Position numbers and translations under genes: made by a program. A stretch of DNA of 64,000 nt from an uncultured Gammaproteobacteria bacterium (GTDB taxonomy: Bacteria > Patescibacteriota > Microgenomatia > Levybacterales > GWA1-39-11), in the NCBI GenBank assembly GCA_964641355.1, contig CAZXND010000002.1:70615-134614 (forward strand), given 5' to 3'. Positions 63,847 through 64,000 of the stretch are shown one piece after another. Numbering within the stretch: position 1 is the stretch's first letter; each line of letters opens with the position of its first letter. Under the pieces are notes generated by a model, which was not told where the DNA came from, ran no database searches, and worked only from the letters and a program-made list of their open reading frames with translations.

Positions 63847-64000
63847 AAGTATTTGGAAACAATCGAATATAAGTCGTTTTTTTTATTCACCAAAAATGTT
63901 TTACATCCAGCTTTTTTCCCGGAAATAATATCACGTTCGTCATCACCTATACAACAACTTTTATATAAATCGATGTTATATTTTTGCGCCGCCTGGAAAA
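63843..64000 (-). CDS. gmhB: D,D-heptose 1,7-bisphosphate phosphatase (HAD family), C-terminal part. The gene continues beyond the window end.
   Basis: Reverse translation gives ...FQAAQKYNIDLYKSCCIGDDERDIISGKKAGCKTFLVNKKN..., a HAD motif-IV region as in GmhB. Its TGA stop overlaps the hddA ATG (ATGA). Confidence 0.55.
   Translation of the reverse strand, partial: FQAAQKYNIDLYKSCCIGDDERDIISGKKAGCKTFLVNKKNDLYSIVSKYL

Noticed and set aside
1-64000. Scan for CRISPR arrays, rRNA and tRNA genes and insertion sequences
   Set aside because: No regularly spaced 25-40-bp repeats, no tRNA-like cloverleaf candidates in the few intergenic regions, and no transposase-like ORFs were seen.

Overview
This is an AT-rich (about one-third GC by eye) bacterial window, very gene-dense and mostly on the minus strand. 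I infer a CPR/Patescibacteria-like genome, but lineage cannot be proven from this window.

- **1-6.5 kb: compact division/cell-wall cluster on the minus strand.** Order is mraZ, rsmH, ftsL-like, ftsI, a short MurE-like ligase, murC, murA (partial). No mraY, murD, ftsW, murG or murF lie between ftsI and murC. A 10-bp-periodic triple TTCACCA repeat, a candidate MraZ operator, overlaps the predicted mraZ promoter.
- **6.7-17.2 kb: mixed genes.** Dimeric-type glycyl-tRNA synthetase. A stand-alone OLD-family ATPase-Toprim nuclease, a candidate single-gene defence protein, with a sigma70-like promoter. A GT-C membrane glycosyltransferase. A secreted sialate-O-acetylesterase-like (SASA/GQSN...HGEAD) esterase. 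A short RecO. A 663-aa membrane-anchored extracellular protein.
- **17.3-64 kb: one very large surface-glycan biosynthesis island of about 47 kb.**
  - Initiation and donors: an initiating polyprenyl-phosphate sugar transferase and a ManC-like sugar-1-phosphate nucleotidylyltransferase.
  - Transferases: at least 7 GT4 and 5 GT2 (several GtrB-like with C-terminal TM) glycosyltransferases, 3 ArnT/PMT-like GT-C enzymes, and a 1050-aa O-antigen-ligase-like fusion protein.
  - Modifying enzymes: 2 hexapeptide acetyltransferases, 4 SAM methyltransferases, 6 SDR epimerase/dehydratase/reductases, an RmlC-like cupin, and a ColD/E1-type PLP sugar 3-dehydratase with His replacing the PLP lysine.
  - Heptose genes: gmhA, hddA and partial gmhB of the GDP-D-glycero-D-manno-heptose pathway.
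  - Paralog array: four tandem paralogous giant polytopic membrane proteins (677-1216 aa) share a GGD-x3-(L/Y)-(F/Y)-FY-(D/N) N-terminal motif. The three largest also share an NGY-x-N-x-W C-terminal motif and TM anchor. Two paralogous ~105-aa small membrane proteins sit beside them.

I found no Wzx flippase or ABC exporter, which suggests Gtr/YfhO-type extracytoplasmic glycosylation modules (GtrA-like small protein + GT2 + GT-C). Three G7-G8 homopolymer tracts lie inside glycan genes, which is unexpected in such AT-rich DNA and may be phase-variation sites. No rRNA, tRNA, CRISPR or transposase was recognised.
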